DNA of 64,000 nt, taken from an uncultured Gammaproteobacteria bacterium (GTDB taxonomy: Bacteria; Pseudomonadota; Gammaproteobacteria; Xanthomonadales; Rhodanobacteraceae). The notes under the pieces were generated by a model, which had not been told where the DNA came from, ran no database searches, and worked only from the letters and a program-made list of their open reading frames with translations. Position 1 is the stretch's first letter; the number at the start of each line of letters is the position of its first letter. Positions 51,976 through 62,743 of this stretch are shown here, piece by piece. The position numbers were made by a program, and so were the translations under genes. Location: contig CAVZIT010000007.1 of the NCBI GenBank assembly GCA_963775445.1, positions 31,086 to 95,085 on the forward strand, given 5' to 3'.

Positions 51976-54657
51976 CTATCCGTCATCGAATTCGTGCCGC
52001 ACCGATTCGACACGCGCCAGCTGACGCTCGACATTGTGATGTGATGCCGCCAGTGCGCGTTCGCTTTCCTCGAACAATGCGCCCGCCTCCTCGCGTCGCC
52101 CGCTCTGCAGCAAGCAATGCACGAGGACCATGGCCGCTTCGATTGCGCGCCGATCATCTGCACCGAATTCCTTGATGAAACGCGTTCTGGCCTGACGCAG
52201 CGGCGCGTCGGCTTCCTCATAGCGGTGCTCGGCAGCGAGCGCCTGGCCGAGGCCGAGCCGCGCCGCTTCCGCATAGATGTGTTTGCCATCTCCGATCTTC
52301 TGGAATGCTTCCAGCGCAGCGCGGAAACCACGCTCGGCGCCCGCGGAATCACCTGCCGCAAGACGCGCCTCCGCCAGCGCAATGGCCGCAGTCACGGTGT
52401 GTGTATGCAGCGGACCGAGCGTCGTCACATAGATCTCATGCGCACGCACGAGTGCATCGATGGCTTGCTGATGCTCCCCGTCCGCGCTCAGCGATTGCCC
52501 CATGCTGGTAAGCGCGGTCGCGGTAAAACTGTGTTCGGGGCCATATGTGTGCTCATAGATTGCCAGCGCTTCCTGGAAGACAGGAATCGCGGACTTGACG
52601 TCCCCGCTTTGGCGCATCACCGCGCCGAGTTGATGCAAGGCGTCCGCGAGCCGCGGATGTTCGTCGCCGAACAACTGCCTCATTGCTGCCACGTTCGCAC
52701 TCAACAACGCACGCGCCTCTCCGAACCGACCGAGCGACGTCAACACCATGCCGAGATCTTCGCGCACATTGAGCAAGCTGGTGTAGCTGTCGTGCGCTTG
52801 CGGATCGAGAAGTGCCAAGGCCTCGCGCAATGGTTGCTCGGCCTCGGCGATTTGGCCGTTGCGAAAGACATAGGATCCGCGATCGGCAAGGGCCTGCGCG
52901 AGATCCGCCTTCGTCGCCGTCGGCAAATGCCTGAGCAAGTCAATCGCTTGCTCGGTCCACTTGATTGCCTGGTGGTTGTCGTCGCGTTCGGCCTCGAGGT
53001 GCCCGAGCCCGAGCAGGATGCGCGCGCGCAAGGGCAGTAATTCGACACGTGTCGGCGCCGCGCCGGCCAACGCCTGTTCAAACAGCGCCTGCGCCTTGTC
53101 GAACCGTTCCGCGCCCACTTCGGCTCTGGCAGAGTCGAGCTGCGCCTCGATTCGCCGTGGATCCCCTGGCGCGTAAGCCATTTGCGCCTGCTTGAGTCGT
53201 CGCGCCAGCAATTCGGCGCTGCGCGGGTAGTCGCCCAGGGAGCGATACAGGTTGCCGCTGACGCCGAGCAGTTCGATGCGCGTGTCGGCATCCCCGCCCA
53301 GACCCGACTCGATACGCCGTACGCCCAGATCGACCAGCTCGCGCGCGCTCATGGTCCTGCTGTTTCCCGCCACCGGGTCGTTCTGACGGAACAGGTCGAT
53401 GACAAAATCGCGCACGGCATCGGCGCGATTCAGAGCGCGCTCGGTGTGCAGGCGCGCGTCGTTGGCGTACAGCGCAGCAGCTGCCATGGCCAGCACCAGT
53501 GTCGACACGGCGGCGGTGGGCAGCCAGTGCCGGCGCGCAAAACGTCGCGCCAGGTAGGTGCGGGCCCCGCCTCGCGCGAGGACGGGTTCCCTGCGCAGAT
53601 GACGCTGAGTATCCAGCTTGAGTGCGTCAACGGTTTCATAGCGATGGCCCGCTTCCTTGCGCAGGCACTTGGCCACGATCGCGTCGAGATCACCCGCCAG
53701 CAGGCGTGCGGGCACCGGTGCGTCCGGTTTTGATTTCGAAACCCGGCTCGGCCACGGCGGGCTGCGATCCATCAGCAGCCTCACCGCCTGGGTCGAAGGC
53801 AGACCTTGCATGCGCAGCGGACGTTCGCCTGTGAGCAGTTCGAACAACAGCACGCCGAGCGCGTAGACATCGGTCGCGGTCGTGACGGGTTGACCGCTCA
53901 GTTGCTCGGGCGCGGCGTAGTCGGGCGTGAACGGCGCGATCGTCACTTGGGCATCGTGTCGCGTCGCGGCGACATCGATCAGCTTGGCGATACCGAAATC
54001 GAGCAGTTTCACGCGGCCTTCACCGTCCACCAGAATATTGCCCGGCTTCAGATCACGATGGATCACGAGGTTTCGGTGCGCGAACGCAACCGCATCGCAG
54101 ACTTGTCCGAACAAGCGCAGACGCTCGCTCAGGGATGAACGCTGTTCGCGGCAGTACGCGGTGATCGAGCGTCCCTCGACGTACTCCATCAAGGTGTACG
54201 GTCGGCCATCCGGGCTCATTCCGCCGTCGAGGAGACGAGCGATTCCGGGATGTTCCAAATGGGCCAGAATGCGACGCTCGGCGTTGAACCTTTCAAGTTC
54301 GCCGGCTGCTTCATAACGCAAGAACTTGATCGCGACGCGTTGCTCGAACGCGCCGTCGGTGCGCATCGCCACATGGACGTCGCCCGTTCCGCCGCGACCG
54401 ATCATCTCGCCCACCAGCCAAGGGCCCAAACATGCACCCTCGGTTCCGGACGACGGCGGTACGAGCGCGTCGGTGGGATGCGCTACGGCGTCAAGGATTC
54501 CCGAGGCGTCGTGCGCGTGCAGCAAGGCTTCGAGTTCGGCGCGCAAGTCCGCATCATCACTGCACGACCGCTGCACAAACCTCTTGCGTGTCGTAGCCGG
54601 CACTGCCAAAGCTGCGGCGAAAAGGCGCTCCAGACGGCCCCATCGGTCCTGGTGCAC
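51976..54657 (-). CDS. Membrane Ser/Thr protein kinase with C-terminal TPR sensor
   Basis: GRGGTG, VAIK, HRDLKPGN, DFGIAK, TPDYAAPEQ, DVYALG; TM WLPTAAVSTLVLAMAAAALY; TPR repeats. Confidence 0.93.
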   Translation of the reverse strand: MHQDRWGRLERLFAAALAVPATTRKRFVQRSCSDDADLRAELEALLHAHDASGILDAVAHPTDALVPPSSGTEGACLGPWLVGEMIGRGGTGDVHVAMRTDGAFEQRVAIKFLRYEAAGELERFNAERRILAHLEHPGIARLLDGGMSPDGRPYTLMEYVEGRSITAYCREQRSSLSERLRLFGQVCDAVAFAHRNLVIHRDLKPGNILVDGEGRVKLLDFGIAKLIDVAATRHDAQVTIAPFTPDYAAPEQLSGQPVTTATDVYALGVLLFELLTGERPLRMQGLPSTQAVRLLMDRSPPWPSRVSKSKPDAPVPARLLAGDLDAIVAKCLRKEAGHRYETVDALKLDTQRHLRREPVLARGGARTYLARRFARRHWLPTAAVSTLVLAMAAAALYANDARLHTERALNRADAVRDFVIDLFRQNDPVAGNSRTMSARELVDLGVRRIESGLGGDADTRIELLGVSGNLYRSLGDYPRSAELLARRLKQAQMAYAPGDPRRIEAQLDSARAEVGAERFDKAQALFEQALAGAAPTRVELLPLRARILLGLGHLEAERDDNHQAIKWTEQAIDLLRHLPTATKADLAQALADRGSYVFRNGQIAEAEQPLREALALLDPQAHDSYTSLLNVREDLGMVLTSLGRFGEARALLSANVAAMRQLFGDEHPRLADALHQLGAVMRQSGDVKSAIPVFQEALAIYEHTYGPEHSFTATALTSMGQSLSADGEHQQAIDALVRAHEIYVTTLGPLHTHTVTAAIALAEARLAAGDSAGAERGFRAALEAFQKIGDGKHIYAEAARLGLGQALAAEHRYEEADAPLRQARTRFIKEFGADDRRAIEAAMVLVHCLLQSGRREEAGALFEESERALAASHHNVERQLARVESVRHEFDDG

Positions 54658-55069
54658 GGCATGATCCCTCAAATGCACGTGGCGAGAACCGATTGTGAAC
54701 CAGATCGGTCGCCTTGGGGCGCGACTGCAATTGCGATCGCCGCAGGTACCCCGCGCCAAAGGAAAGGGGCTGACGCGCATTGGACAGGTGATGAACCGTC
54801 GGTAAACCTTAACGATTGCGGACAAAATGTCACTGTGAACTTTGCCGTGGGTCCCCGGTCATATCACCCGGGCGCACGCAACGGCGCCCACGGATCACTC
54901 ACCTCCCTGAGTGAACCACAGGAGGCCGACTTCTCCCCGAGTCGGTTTCCACCCGCCCCGAGGGCTCCCCCTGGCCCTCGGGGCATTTTTTTGCGAGCGA
55001 TTGCCTCAGCCAGACGCGGTTTCCGCTCGCTGCGGCACCTGGTGGCGGAGCGGGCAAAGAACGCGAAGG

Positions 55070-56458
55070 CTACTGACGGCGCGCGCAGCGCAGCGCGTTC
55101 AGCAATGCTTCTTGCGGAAGTTTGCCGGTTTCGTTGCGCGGCAACCGGTCGATCAGGCATAGCGGTCGCGGCAGGAAAACCGGATCGATCGCCAGACGCA
55201 ATTCCGCGAGCAGTTCAGATTCGCTTCGATCTGGCGCCACTGCCAGGGCCGCGATACGTTTCACGCCCCCCGCGTCGGCTTCGTCGAGCTGAAATACGAC
55301 CGCGTCAAGCACACCGGGCAGATCGTTGAGGCGCCGCCCGAGATCGGCCATCGACGCGCGCTTTCCCGCGATCTCGAGCAGATCCGCATTACGGCCACAC
55401 AGTCGGAACTGGCGCCCGGGAAGAACCTCGACGATGTCGTGTAACGTCACCGGCGCCGGCAAATGCGCTGCGTGGACCTGGGTGCCATCGGGACGCGCCA
55501 CTAGATCGACGCCTGCATAAAGTGACCACTCCCGCTCAAGTGCGCAGCGTCGATGAGCGATTACGCAGGTCTCGGTCGACCCAAACACCTCAATCACCGG
55601 GGCGCAATAGCGCATCTCGGCCGTTTGTGCCAGCTCGGGGGATAGCGGCGCGGTCGCCGACACGATCGCGCCGAGCGCCGGCAGCGTCACGGCACTTCGC
55701 AACAGCGACCGGAGATGAACCGGCGTCGTAACCAGCAAGCGAGGCGGCGGCAGCTCGGCAAGGGCGGCAGCCACGTCGGCTGGAAACAGGGGGCGCGCCG
55801 CATGCACGGAAAACGGACCGGTGAGTGGCAGGAGCACCGACAATTCGAGACCGTACATGTGCTGTGGCGGAACGGTCGCGACGATGTTGGCGATGGTGAC
55901 TTGATCGAGGCCGAGAGCATGCCGCAGCAGGTCGCTATTGTTGGCGCTGCTGACCCGGAAGTGCGCCCAGGATTTGGTATTCGGTTTGGGCGAGCCCGTG
56001 CTGCCGGAGGTGAAGCCTACTGCGGCGACAAGGTCGGCGCTGATGGCTGGCAGATCCGCGAGGTGGCGCGCCCGCGCGCGACCCAGGGCAGGCAATTGCA
56101 CCGTCCGATGGTCGCATCCGTCCCGCTCGACGTCGCACAACGCATAGCTCGCGTCGCGGAAGGCAAGCGCCTCGTTCACGGCCTGCTCTGCCCGCGACGG
56201 CGGGAGCAGATTGGTCTGTCCACGGCAAATGACTGCGCAGAAAGCGACGAGAAACGCATAGCGGTCCTCGCACAGGTTGACGGCGCATGCGAGGTTCGGC
56301 AGGACGCTCGCCACTGCCCCCACATCGGCGAGGAACTCCGCCACGCTGACCGAGCGCCCCTGGCGCCAGGCGAACACACGCTCGGGGCACGCGAATGCAA
56401 GCAACGGCAGATCGTCGCTGACGCAAAGCGTCGAGTCGCCTTCAATTACCGCAGACAC
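55070..56458 (-). CDS. AMP-dependent ligase (xanthomonadin XanA2-like / aryl-polyene starter ligase)
   Basis: CEDRYAFLVAF, FTSGSTGSPK, TVPPQHMYGLE, EVFGSTET, LPRNETGK. Confidence 0.8.
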   Translation of the reverse strand: MSAVIEGDSTLCVSDDLPLLAFACPERVFAWRQGRSVSVAEFLADVGAVASVLPNLACAVNLCEDRYAFLVAFCAVICRGQTNLLPPSRAEQAVNEALAFRDASYALCDVERDGCDHRTVQLPALGRARARHLADLPAISADLVAAVGFTSGSTGSPKPNTKSWAHFRVSSANNSDLLRHALGLDQVTIANIVATVPPQHMYGLELSVLLPLTGPFSVHAARPLFPADVAAALAELPPPRLLVTTPVHLRSLLRSAVTLPALGAIVSATAPLSPELAQTAEMRYCAPVIEVFGSTETCVIAHRRCALEREWSLYAGVDLVARPDGTQVHAAHLPAPVTLHDIVEVLPGRQFRLCGRNADLLEIAGKRASMADLGRRLNDLPGVLDAVVFQLDEADAGGVKRIAALAVAPDRSESELLAELRLAIDPVFLPRPLCLIDRLPRNETGKLPQEALLNALRCARRQ

Positions 56459-56668
56459 GCCGATCCCCTTGGCAAAAAACCGATCGCTGAAAAGTCTATC
56501 TCCGAACCAGGCCCACGAGCACTTGCCGTGCGATCCGGGCCCTTGACCCCGCACAATTTCTCCGAATGTCGCTCCCCGAGTCAATCGCTTGCGAGAGGGA
56601 GGCGCGCGCGTGATGCACTCTGAATCACGTCAGCAACCGCGCGGCCCCACAAAGCCCTCAGCGAACTC

Positions 56669-57235
56669 TCAGGCGCGAATGATTGCCCCGCTGACGGCAT
56701 CGCGGATAGGCGTCGGACGATCGAGACCACCCACTGCACCTGTAACGATCGCATCGATCGCATCGCCGAAAGACGCACTGACCTCGTGCGCCTCGCGCGC
56801 TGGCGCTTCGCCATGCCGATTCGCGCTGGTCGACACCAAGGCGCCCCCGAACGCGCGACATAGCGCAGCGGCAATCCGGTGGGCCGTCACCCGCAAGGCG
56901 ATGCCGGCATGGTCACCCACAATCCACGGAGGAACGCCCTCGGCCCGCGGCAGCACCCAGGTCTCGGGACCGGGCCATGTGCTCTCGATTCGCGCGCGTG
57001 CCCGCGCAGGCAACGCTGCCAAGTCGGCATAACGTGCTAGCTGGCCAAGGTTTGCCGCAATCAGCAACACGCCTTGGGTTGACGGACGCTGCTTGAGGCG
57101 GAACAACCGCTCACAGGCAAGGCGATTCTGCGGATCGCAGCCCAACCCGTAAACCGATTCGGTCGGGTAGGCCACGACACCCCCGGCGGCAAGCGCGACG
57201 GCGGCTGCGCGAATCCCGTACTTGGCCGTATCCAT
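56669..57235 (-). CDS. tsaC: Threonylcarbamoyl-AMP synthase (Sua5/YrdC family)
   Basis: VVAYPTESVYGLGCDP, FRLKQRP, WPGPETW, STSANRHG. Confidence 0.9.
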   Translation of the reverse strand: MDTAKYGIRAAAVALAAGGVVAYPTESVYGLGCDPQNRLACERLFRLKQRPSTQGVLLIAANLGQLARYADLAALPARARARIESTWPGPETWVLPRAEGVPPWIVGDHAGIALRVTAHRIAAALCRAFGGALVSTSANRHGEAPAREAHEVSASFGDAIDAIVTGAVGGLDRPTPIRDAVSGAIIRA

Positions 57236-57250
57236 CGGTGCTGCGGCGAG

Positions 57251-59734
57251 TCAACCCGTCGGAGGTTGCTTGCGCGCGGTTTTGACCGCCGCAGTTTTCC
57301 GCGCAGATGATTTCCGCGCTGCCTTCTTCTTAGCCGGAGCCTTTTTCGTCGCGGTTTTTTTCGTCGCCCCCTTTTTGCTTGCGCCATCTTGCGCCTCGGT
57401 GGGAGCCTTTGCGCTCTTGCCGCCGCGCTTGAAACCGCCCTTTGCGCGTTCCGGCGCCGCAGCGAGCAACTCGCGGCATTCGTCTTCGCTCAGCGACGCA
57501 GGCTCACGGCCCTTCGGTACACGTGCGTTTTTCTTGCCGTCGGTAATGTACGGACCATAGCGTCCGTTCAACACCTGCACGGCGCCTTCGTCGAAACTTG
57601 CGATGACCCGGTTGGCGGCGGCTTCGGCCCTGGCCTTGAGCAACTCGAGGGCACGATCGAGTTCGATCGTGTACGGATCGTCATCCGGCGTGAGCGAAGC
57701 GTACAGCTTGCCATGTTTGACGAACGGGCCGAAGCGCCCCACGCCGACGGTTACCCCCTCCCCATCGGGCGCCGTACCGAGATCGCGTGGCAGCTTGAAC
57801 AGGACCAGTGCATCCTCAAGCGTGATGGTATGCATGCTCTGGCCTGGCCTGAGCGATGCGAAACGTGGTTTTTCTTCGTCGTCCTTTGTGCCGATTGCCG
57901 CATAAGGGCCGTAGCGTCCGAGCCGCACGGAAACCGGTTTGCCGCTGGCCGGATCCGTGCCGAGCACGCGGGCGCCGGTGGCTTCGGACTTGTCGACGGT
58001 TTCGATCTTGTCGTCGATCAGCGCCTTGAACGGTTCCCAGAAGCGGGCCAGAAGCGGCACCCATTCCTCTTCACCGCGACTCACCGCGTCGAGTTCGTCC
58101 TCGAGTTTCGCGGTGAAATCGTAATCGACATAGCGGGTGAAGTGCCCGGACAGAAAATTTGCGACCGCGCGTCCGACATCGGTCGGCTTGAAGCGCCGGC
58201 TGTCGAGAACGACGTACTCGCGATTGAGCAGCACCTGGATGATGCTCACGTAGGTCGACGGTCGCCCGATACCGTATTCTTCTAGAGTCTTGACCAGAGT
58301 GGCTTCGGAGTAGCGCGGGGGCGGCTCGGTAAAATGCTGGTCTGCGGCGATTGCGCCGAGCGGTACCGCTTCGCCGACTTGCATGGCAGGCAGCTTGCGG
58401 CCTTCGTCATCGTCTTCGGCGGCTTTCTGGTCGCGTCCCTCCTCGTAGACGGCGAGAAAGCCCGGATCCACGACGGTGGTTCCGCTCGCGCGGAACGTCG
58501 ATTCCGCGCCGCAAGAAAGATCGATCGATACGGTGTTGAGCGTCGCGTGCAGCATCTGGCACGCGACCGTGCGCTTCCAGATCAATTCATACAGACGGCG
58601 CTGGTCATCGTTGAGGAATCGCGCGATACGCGCCGGGCGCAACTCGGCCGACGTCGGCCGTATCGCCTCATGCGCTTCCTGGGCATTTTTGGACTTGTTC
58701 TTGTAGTGGTTGGCCTGTTCGGGCAATGCGCGTTCGCCAAAATCCCGACGGATGACTGTGCGCAATTCGTCGATCGCGTCGGCGGAGAGCGCCACGGCAT
58801 CAGTGCGCATGTAGCTGATCAGGCCGACCACGCCCTCATCGCCGAGCGCGATGCCTTCATACAGTTGCTGCGCGGCGCGCATGGTGCGGCTGGTCGTGAA
58901 GCCGAGCTTGCGGGCGGCCTCCTGTTGCAAGGTCGAGGTAGTGAACGGCGGCGCCGGTCGGCGCTTGCGCTCCTTGCTCTCAACCTTGCCGACGACGAGG
59001 CGACCGGCCGCGGCGCGCGTCAACCGATCACGCGCGGCCAGCGCATCGTCCTCGTTGGTCAGATCGAATTGCTCGAACTTCTTCCCGTCCAGATTGACGA
59101 GACGCGCGCGAAACGGCTGATCCGGATGCGCCAGCGCGGCCTCGACCGTCCAGTATTCGCGCGCCCTGAATGCCTCGATTTCTTCCTCGCGTTCGACAAT
59201 CATGCGCAGGGCCGGGGACTGCACGCGACCTGCCGACAGCCCGCGCTGAACCTTGCGCCACAGCACCGGCGAAAGATTGAATCCAACCAGATAATCCAGA
59301 GCGCGTCGCGCCTGCTGGGCATTGACCAGGTCGTGGGACAGGCCTCGCGGGTGAGCGACCGCCTCCCGGATCGCGCGCGGCGTGATCTCGGAGAACACCA
59401 CGCGATGCACCGCACGCCCCTCGAGCAGGCCGCGTTCGCGCAGAATCTCGGAGACATGCCAGGAAATCGCTTCCCCTTCGCGATCGAGATCGGTGGCCAG
59501 ATACAGCGCGTCGGCCTTCGCTGCAGCCTTCACGATCGCCTCGACATGCTTGTGATTGCGCTCGATCAACTCGTAATTCATTGCGAAATCGTTGTCGGTC
59601 TCGACCGCCCCTTCCTTGGGCACGAGATCGCGCACATGACCGTACGACGCCAGCACCTGGAAGTCGCTGCCGAGGTATTTGTTGATCGTCTTGGCCTTCG
59701 CAGGCGATTCGACGATCAGGAGATTCTTGGCCAT
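57251..59734 (-). CDS. topA: DNA topoisomerase I (type IA)
   Basis: LIVESPAKAKTI, ATDLDREGE, SAGRVQS, ISYMRTD, GIGRPSTY, topo-C repeats, Lys-rich tail. Confidence 0.97.
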   Translation of the reverse strand: MAKNLLIVESPAKAKTINKYLGSDFQVLASYGHVRDLVPKEGAVETDNDFAMNYELIERNHKHVEAIVKAAAKADALYLATDLDREGEAISWHVSEILRERGLLEGRAVHRVVFSEITPRAIREAVAHPRGLSHDLVNAQQARRALDYLVGFNLSPVLWRKVQRGLSAGRVQSPALRMIVEREEEIEAFRAREYWTVEAALAHPDQPFRARLVNLDGKKFEQFDLTNEDDALAARDRLTRAAAGRLVVGKVESKERKRRPAPPFTTSTLQQEAARKLGFTTSRTMRAAQQLYEGIALGDEGVVGLISYMRTDAVALSADAIDELRTVIRRDFGERALPEQANHYKNKSKNAQEAHEAIRPTSAELRPARIARFLNDDQRRLYELIWKRTVACQMLHATLNTVSIDLSCGAESTFRASGTTVVDPGFLAVYEEGRDQKAAEDDDEGRKLPAMQVGEAVPLGAIAADQHFTEPPPRYSEATLVKTLEEYGIGRPSTYVSIIQVLLNREYVVLDSRRFKPTDVGRAVANFLSGHFTRYVDYDFTAKLEDELDAVSRGEEEWVPLLARFWEPFKALIDDKIETVDKSEATGARVLGTDPASGKPVSVRLGRYGPYAAIGTKDDEEKPRFASLRPGQSMHTITLEDALVLFKLPRDLGTAPDGEGVTVGVGRFGPFVKHGKLYASLTPDDDPYTIELDRALELLKARAEAAANRVIASFDEGAVQVLNGRYGPYITDGKKNARVPKGREPASLSEDECRELLAAAPERAKGGFKRGGKSAKAPTEAQDGASKKGATKKTATKKAPAKKKAARKSSARKTAAVKTARKQPPTG

Positions 59735-59998
59735 TTGGTGGATCCCTGCCACGTTGGTGCGCCGATAAGCGATAAGGCGGAAAACCGGTTCCGCTCAGGC
59801 TGGTCCCGGTTTCGCGTGCGTATTAGTGAATGCACGCCGCCACGGCCACTGTCAAGCAACCGACGCACAGGTCCATCTGGCGAGGCTGCAATGCCGAAGC
59901 CGGATCTGGACGCCAGACAATGCGCGGCGGGCCGATTTTCTGACAGCTCCAAAGTGGTAGCGCCCAAGCAGTCATTGTTTCCAATGGAGCGACAACTG

Positions 59999-61171
59999 CT
60001 AGCCGCGAAGCGGCTCGCGAACTGCCCGCGCATAGATGCCGCCGTGTGTTGCAATCACCTCGCCGTCCAGCTCCAGCACGAGCAACATCGAGGACAGCGC
60101 CGCGACGCTCAAGCCAGTGCGCTCGGCCAGCTCATCGATGGCCAGCGGATCGTGACCGAGTGCCGCAAGCAGCACGGCGTAGTCCCCATCGCGCAGGAGC
60201 GGGCGTGTCGCAAACGGCATGGACGGCGCTGTTCCTTGTGCTGCTTCCGGCAACGCCAGACGCTCTCGCAAATGCGAGCCTAGCGTTTCGGCCAGCGGTC
60301 GCAATTCTTCGATGATTTCCTCGGCTGTTTCGACCAGTTTGGCGCCATTACGGATCAACTCATGGCAGCCCCGCGCCAGCGGGTTGTGAATCGAACCGGG
60401 TATCGCAAACACTTCGCGGCCTTGCTCGGATGCCTGGCGCGCAGTAATCAGGGACCCCGAGCGCTGGCTCGCCTCGACAACCAATGTGCCGAGCGCAAGA
60501 CCGGCGATGATGCGATTGCGACGCGGGAAATTCCGGGCGCGGCCCGGCGTGCCGGGTGCGAATTCGCTGATCTGCGCGCCTTGCACGGCAATGCGCTCGG
60601 CAAGCGCTTTGTGTTTGCCCGGATATACCTGATCCGGCCCGGTGCCGAGCACTGCAATGGTGGTTCCACCAGCATCCAGCGCCGCAGCGTGGGCGGACCC
60701 GTCGATGCCGTCGGCCAGCCCGCTGGTGATGGCAAACCCGGCCAGTGCCAACGCACGCGCAAAGATTCTGGCGTTCGAAAGGCCGGCTTGGCTCGCGCTG
60801 CGACTACCGACAATCGCGACCTGCGGCAACCACAGCCGACTTACGTCCCCGTTGACGAACAGCGCGACCGGCGCTCCCGGGATTTCGCGCAGCAAGGGCG
60901 GGAAATCGGCGTCTTCGAAAGTCAGCAGATGGTGACTGTCCGCCGCGAGCCATGCACGGTCAGTCTCAAGCAACGTTGCATCGGGCGCATCCAGCCACGC
61001 GCGGCAGGACCGATCGGCCACGCCCGACTGCTCACCACGGCGCGCCGCTGCCAAGGCGCCTGCGGCGCCTCCATGGCGCTCGATCAAACGACGCAGTGCA
61101 GCCGGGCCAAGCGCCGGCGCGCGCAACAGAATCAGCCAGGCTTCGAGGGCATCATCGTCGACGTTTCGCAT
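59999..61171 (-). CDS. dprA: DNA processing protein DprA
   Basis: VAIVGSR, ITSGLADGIDG, FPRRNRIIAG, VVEASQRSGSLITA, GSIHNPLARGC, C-terminal winged helix. Confidence 0.95.
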   Translation of the reverse strand: MRNVDDDALEAWLILLRAPALGPAALRRLIERHGGAAGALAAARRGEQSGVADRSCRAWLDAPDATLLETDRAWLAADSHHLLTFEDADFPPLLREIPGAPVALFVNGDVSRLWLPQVAIVGSRSASQAGLSNARIFARALALAGFAITSGLADGIDGSAHAAALDAGGTTIAVLGTGPDQVYPGKHKALAERIAVQGAQISEFAPGTPGRARNFPRRNRIIAGLALGTLVVEASQRSGSLITARQASEQGREVFAIPGSIHNPLARGCHELIRNGAKLVETAEEIIEELRPLAETLGSHLRERLALPEAAQGTAPSMPFATRPLLRDGDYAVLLAALGHDPLAIDELAERTGLSVAALSSMLLVLELDGEVIATHGGIYARAVREPLRG

Positions 61172-61328
61172 CGGGCCAGTGTAGCCCGCACGTCGTGCGG
61201 GGGCCGGCGTTTCGGCAAGAATCGGGTGGGCGCGCACAGTGCACACCCTACCTGCACCGGTTGCGCGTGCATGGGGAGTTCGGCGCGATCGCGCGTAGGA
61301 AATCCGCTCTCTTCGATCTGTTTGCCTG

Positions 61329-62489
61329 TTACGGCGTGGAATCCGGATCGTGCAGGAAGTCTCCCAGATGGACCGGCTTGATGGCATCCATCACCAAGCC
61401 GTAGCTGATACGGTCAAAGGTGCGGAAAATCATCACGTGACCGATGTATTCAGGTGGCAAGGCTGTCCTGGCGCGATGCGGGTGGAAAAAAGCGCGCGCG
61501 CTGCCCTCCGGATAGTCGGTCTGGTCATCGACTGTTTCGCCGGGCTGATAGATCGCATAGACCTGACCGTTGCCCACCTTGTCAGCGCTGCCGCGCGAAA
61601 GGGCCACGACCTGACGCGGACCAACTGCCGCCAGCGCGTCGGAGAGGGCGAGCACGCGCATGTTTGGCGGCATCGTCGCCGGCGCATGCGGCACGTACTG
61701 ATCATCGTACGGCGTCTCCTCGAGCGGCAGCACATAGTCACCTGCCTTGACCTCGAAATCCGAAGCAATGACCAATGCCGAAGACGGCGCGCCTGCGCGC
61801 GTGACTTCAATGGTGCCGTAATCGAGCAACTCGTAGCCAAGAAAGCGCTCGGTGCCATGCAAGGTGAATTCGTTGGGACCATGATGCCAGAGCAGAGCCG
61901 GACGTCCTTCGCGCGTATCAGGCGTTTGGCGATAGGCCTCGCGCGGCGACTCGTCATTCTCGGGCGGCAAATCGTAATAGCGGCCCAAAGCGCGCAGCAG
62001 CGCGAACTTCTGACCCGGCTCGGCATGCAGCCCGCGCACATAGACTAGCTGACCGGTCGTGCCACGCAATTGGTTTTCCTCGATCCCGACCACGTGCGGC
62101 GCGTGATCGAATTGGTCTTCGGAAACAATCCGCGTGTGCTTGAGGAAAGGCTTCAGTTCATCGAGTGGAATCGGCTCGATCGCCTTTTCGAGCGCCGTCG
62201 CACGGATATGCGGTTCGATCGATGCTTCGCCGTGTGTGACATGGCCGCCGGCCATTACCAGCGTGTCGCCAGGATAGATCAGGTGCGGGTTGCGCACCTG
62301 CGGATTGTCCTGCCAGATCTCGGGCCAGAGCCAGGGCTTTTTCAGAAACCTCGCAGAAATATCCCACAACGTGTCGCCTTTTTTGACGACGTAGCGATCC
62401 GGCGCGTGGTCGGCCCATTGGACCGTCGCGGCGAAGATTGTCAGGGTAAACAGCAGCCCGACCGCAAACGCAAGTAGTTTTTTAAGCAT
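61329..62489 (-). CDS. LysM peptidoglycan-binding protein
   Basis: YVVKKGDTLWDISARFL..PWLWPEIW..NPHLIYPGD; divergent from def. Confidence 0.92.
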   Translation of the reverse strand: MLKKLLAFAVGLLFTLTIFAATVQWADHAPDRYVVKKGDTLWDISARFLKKPWLWPEIWQDNPQVRNPHLIYPGDTLVMAGGHVTHGEASIEPHIRATALEKAIEPIPLDELKPFLKHTRIVSEDQFDHAPHVVGIEENQLRGTTGQLVYVRGLHAEPGQKFALLRALGRYYDLPPENDESPREAYRQTPDTREGRPALLWHHGPNEFTLHGTERFLGYELLDYGTIEVTRAGAPSSALVIASDFEVKAGDYVLPLEETPYDDQYVPHAPATMPPNMRVLALSDALAAVGPRQVVALSRGSADKVGNGQVYAIYQPGETVDDQTDYPEGSARAFFHPHRARTALPPEYIGHVMIFRTFDRISYGLVMDAIKPVHLGDFLHDPDSTP

Positions 62490-62743
62490 ACCCGCCAATT
62501 CCCTGATTCCCCAATGGCTTTGCGAGTGTAGCCGAAACCTCGGGCGGAAAGCACGACACACTTCCCAGATTCCCCAGCAAATGCATGCGTGCCAAAGAGG
62601 CTCCCTCGGCCAGAGCGAGTAGAATCAAGGCATTCCAAACCCGCCGCGGCGCATGCTTCCTTCACGCTGCGAAACCCGCATCCCGCGAGCAGACGCCGCG
62701 GGCTTGCCAAGTGGTGCTTTCGCCCATACGTTTCGAGCCTGCC

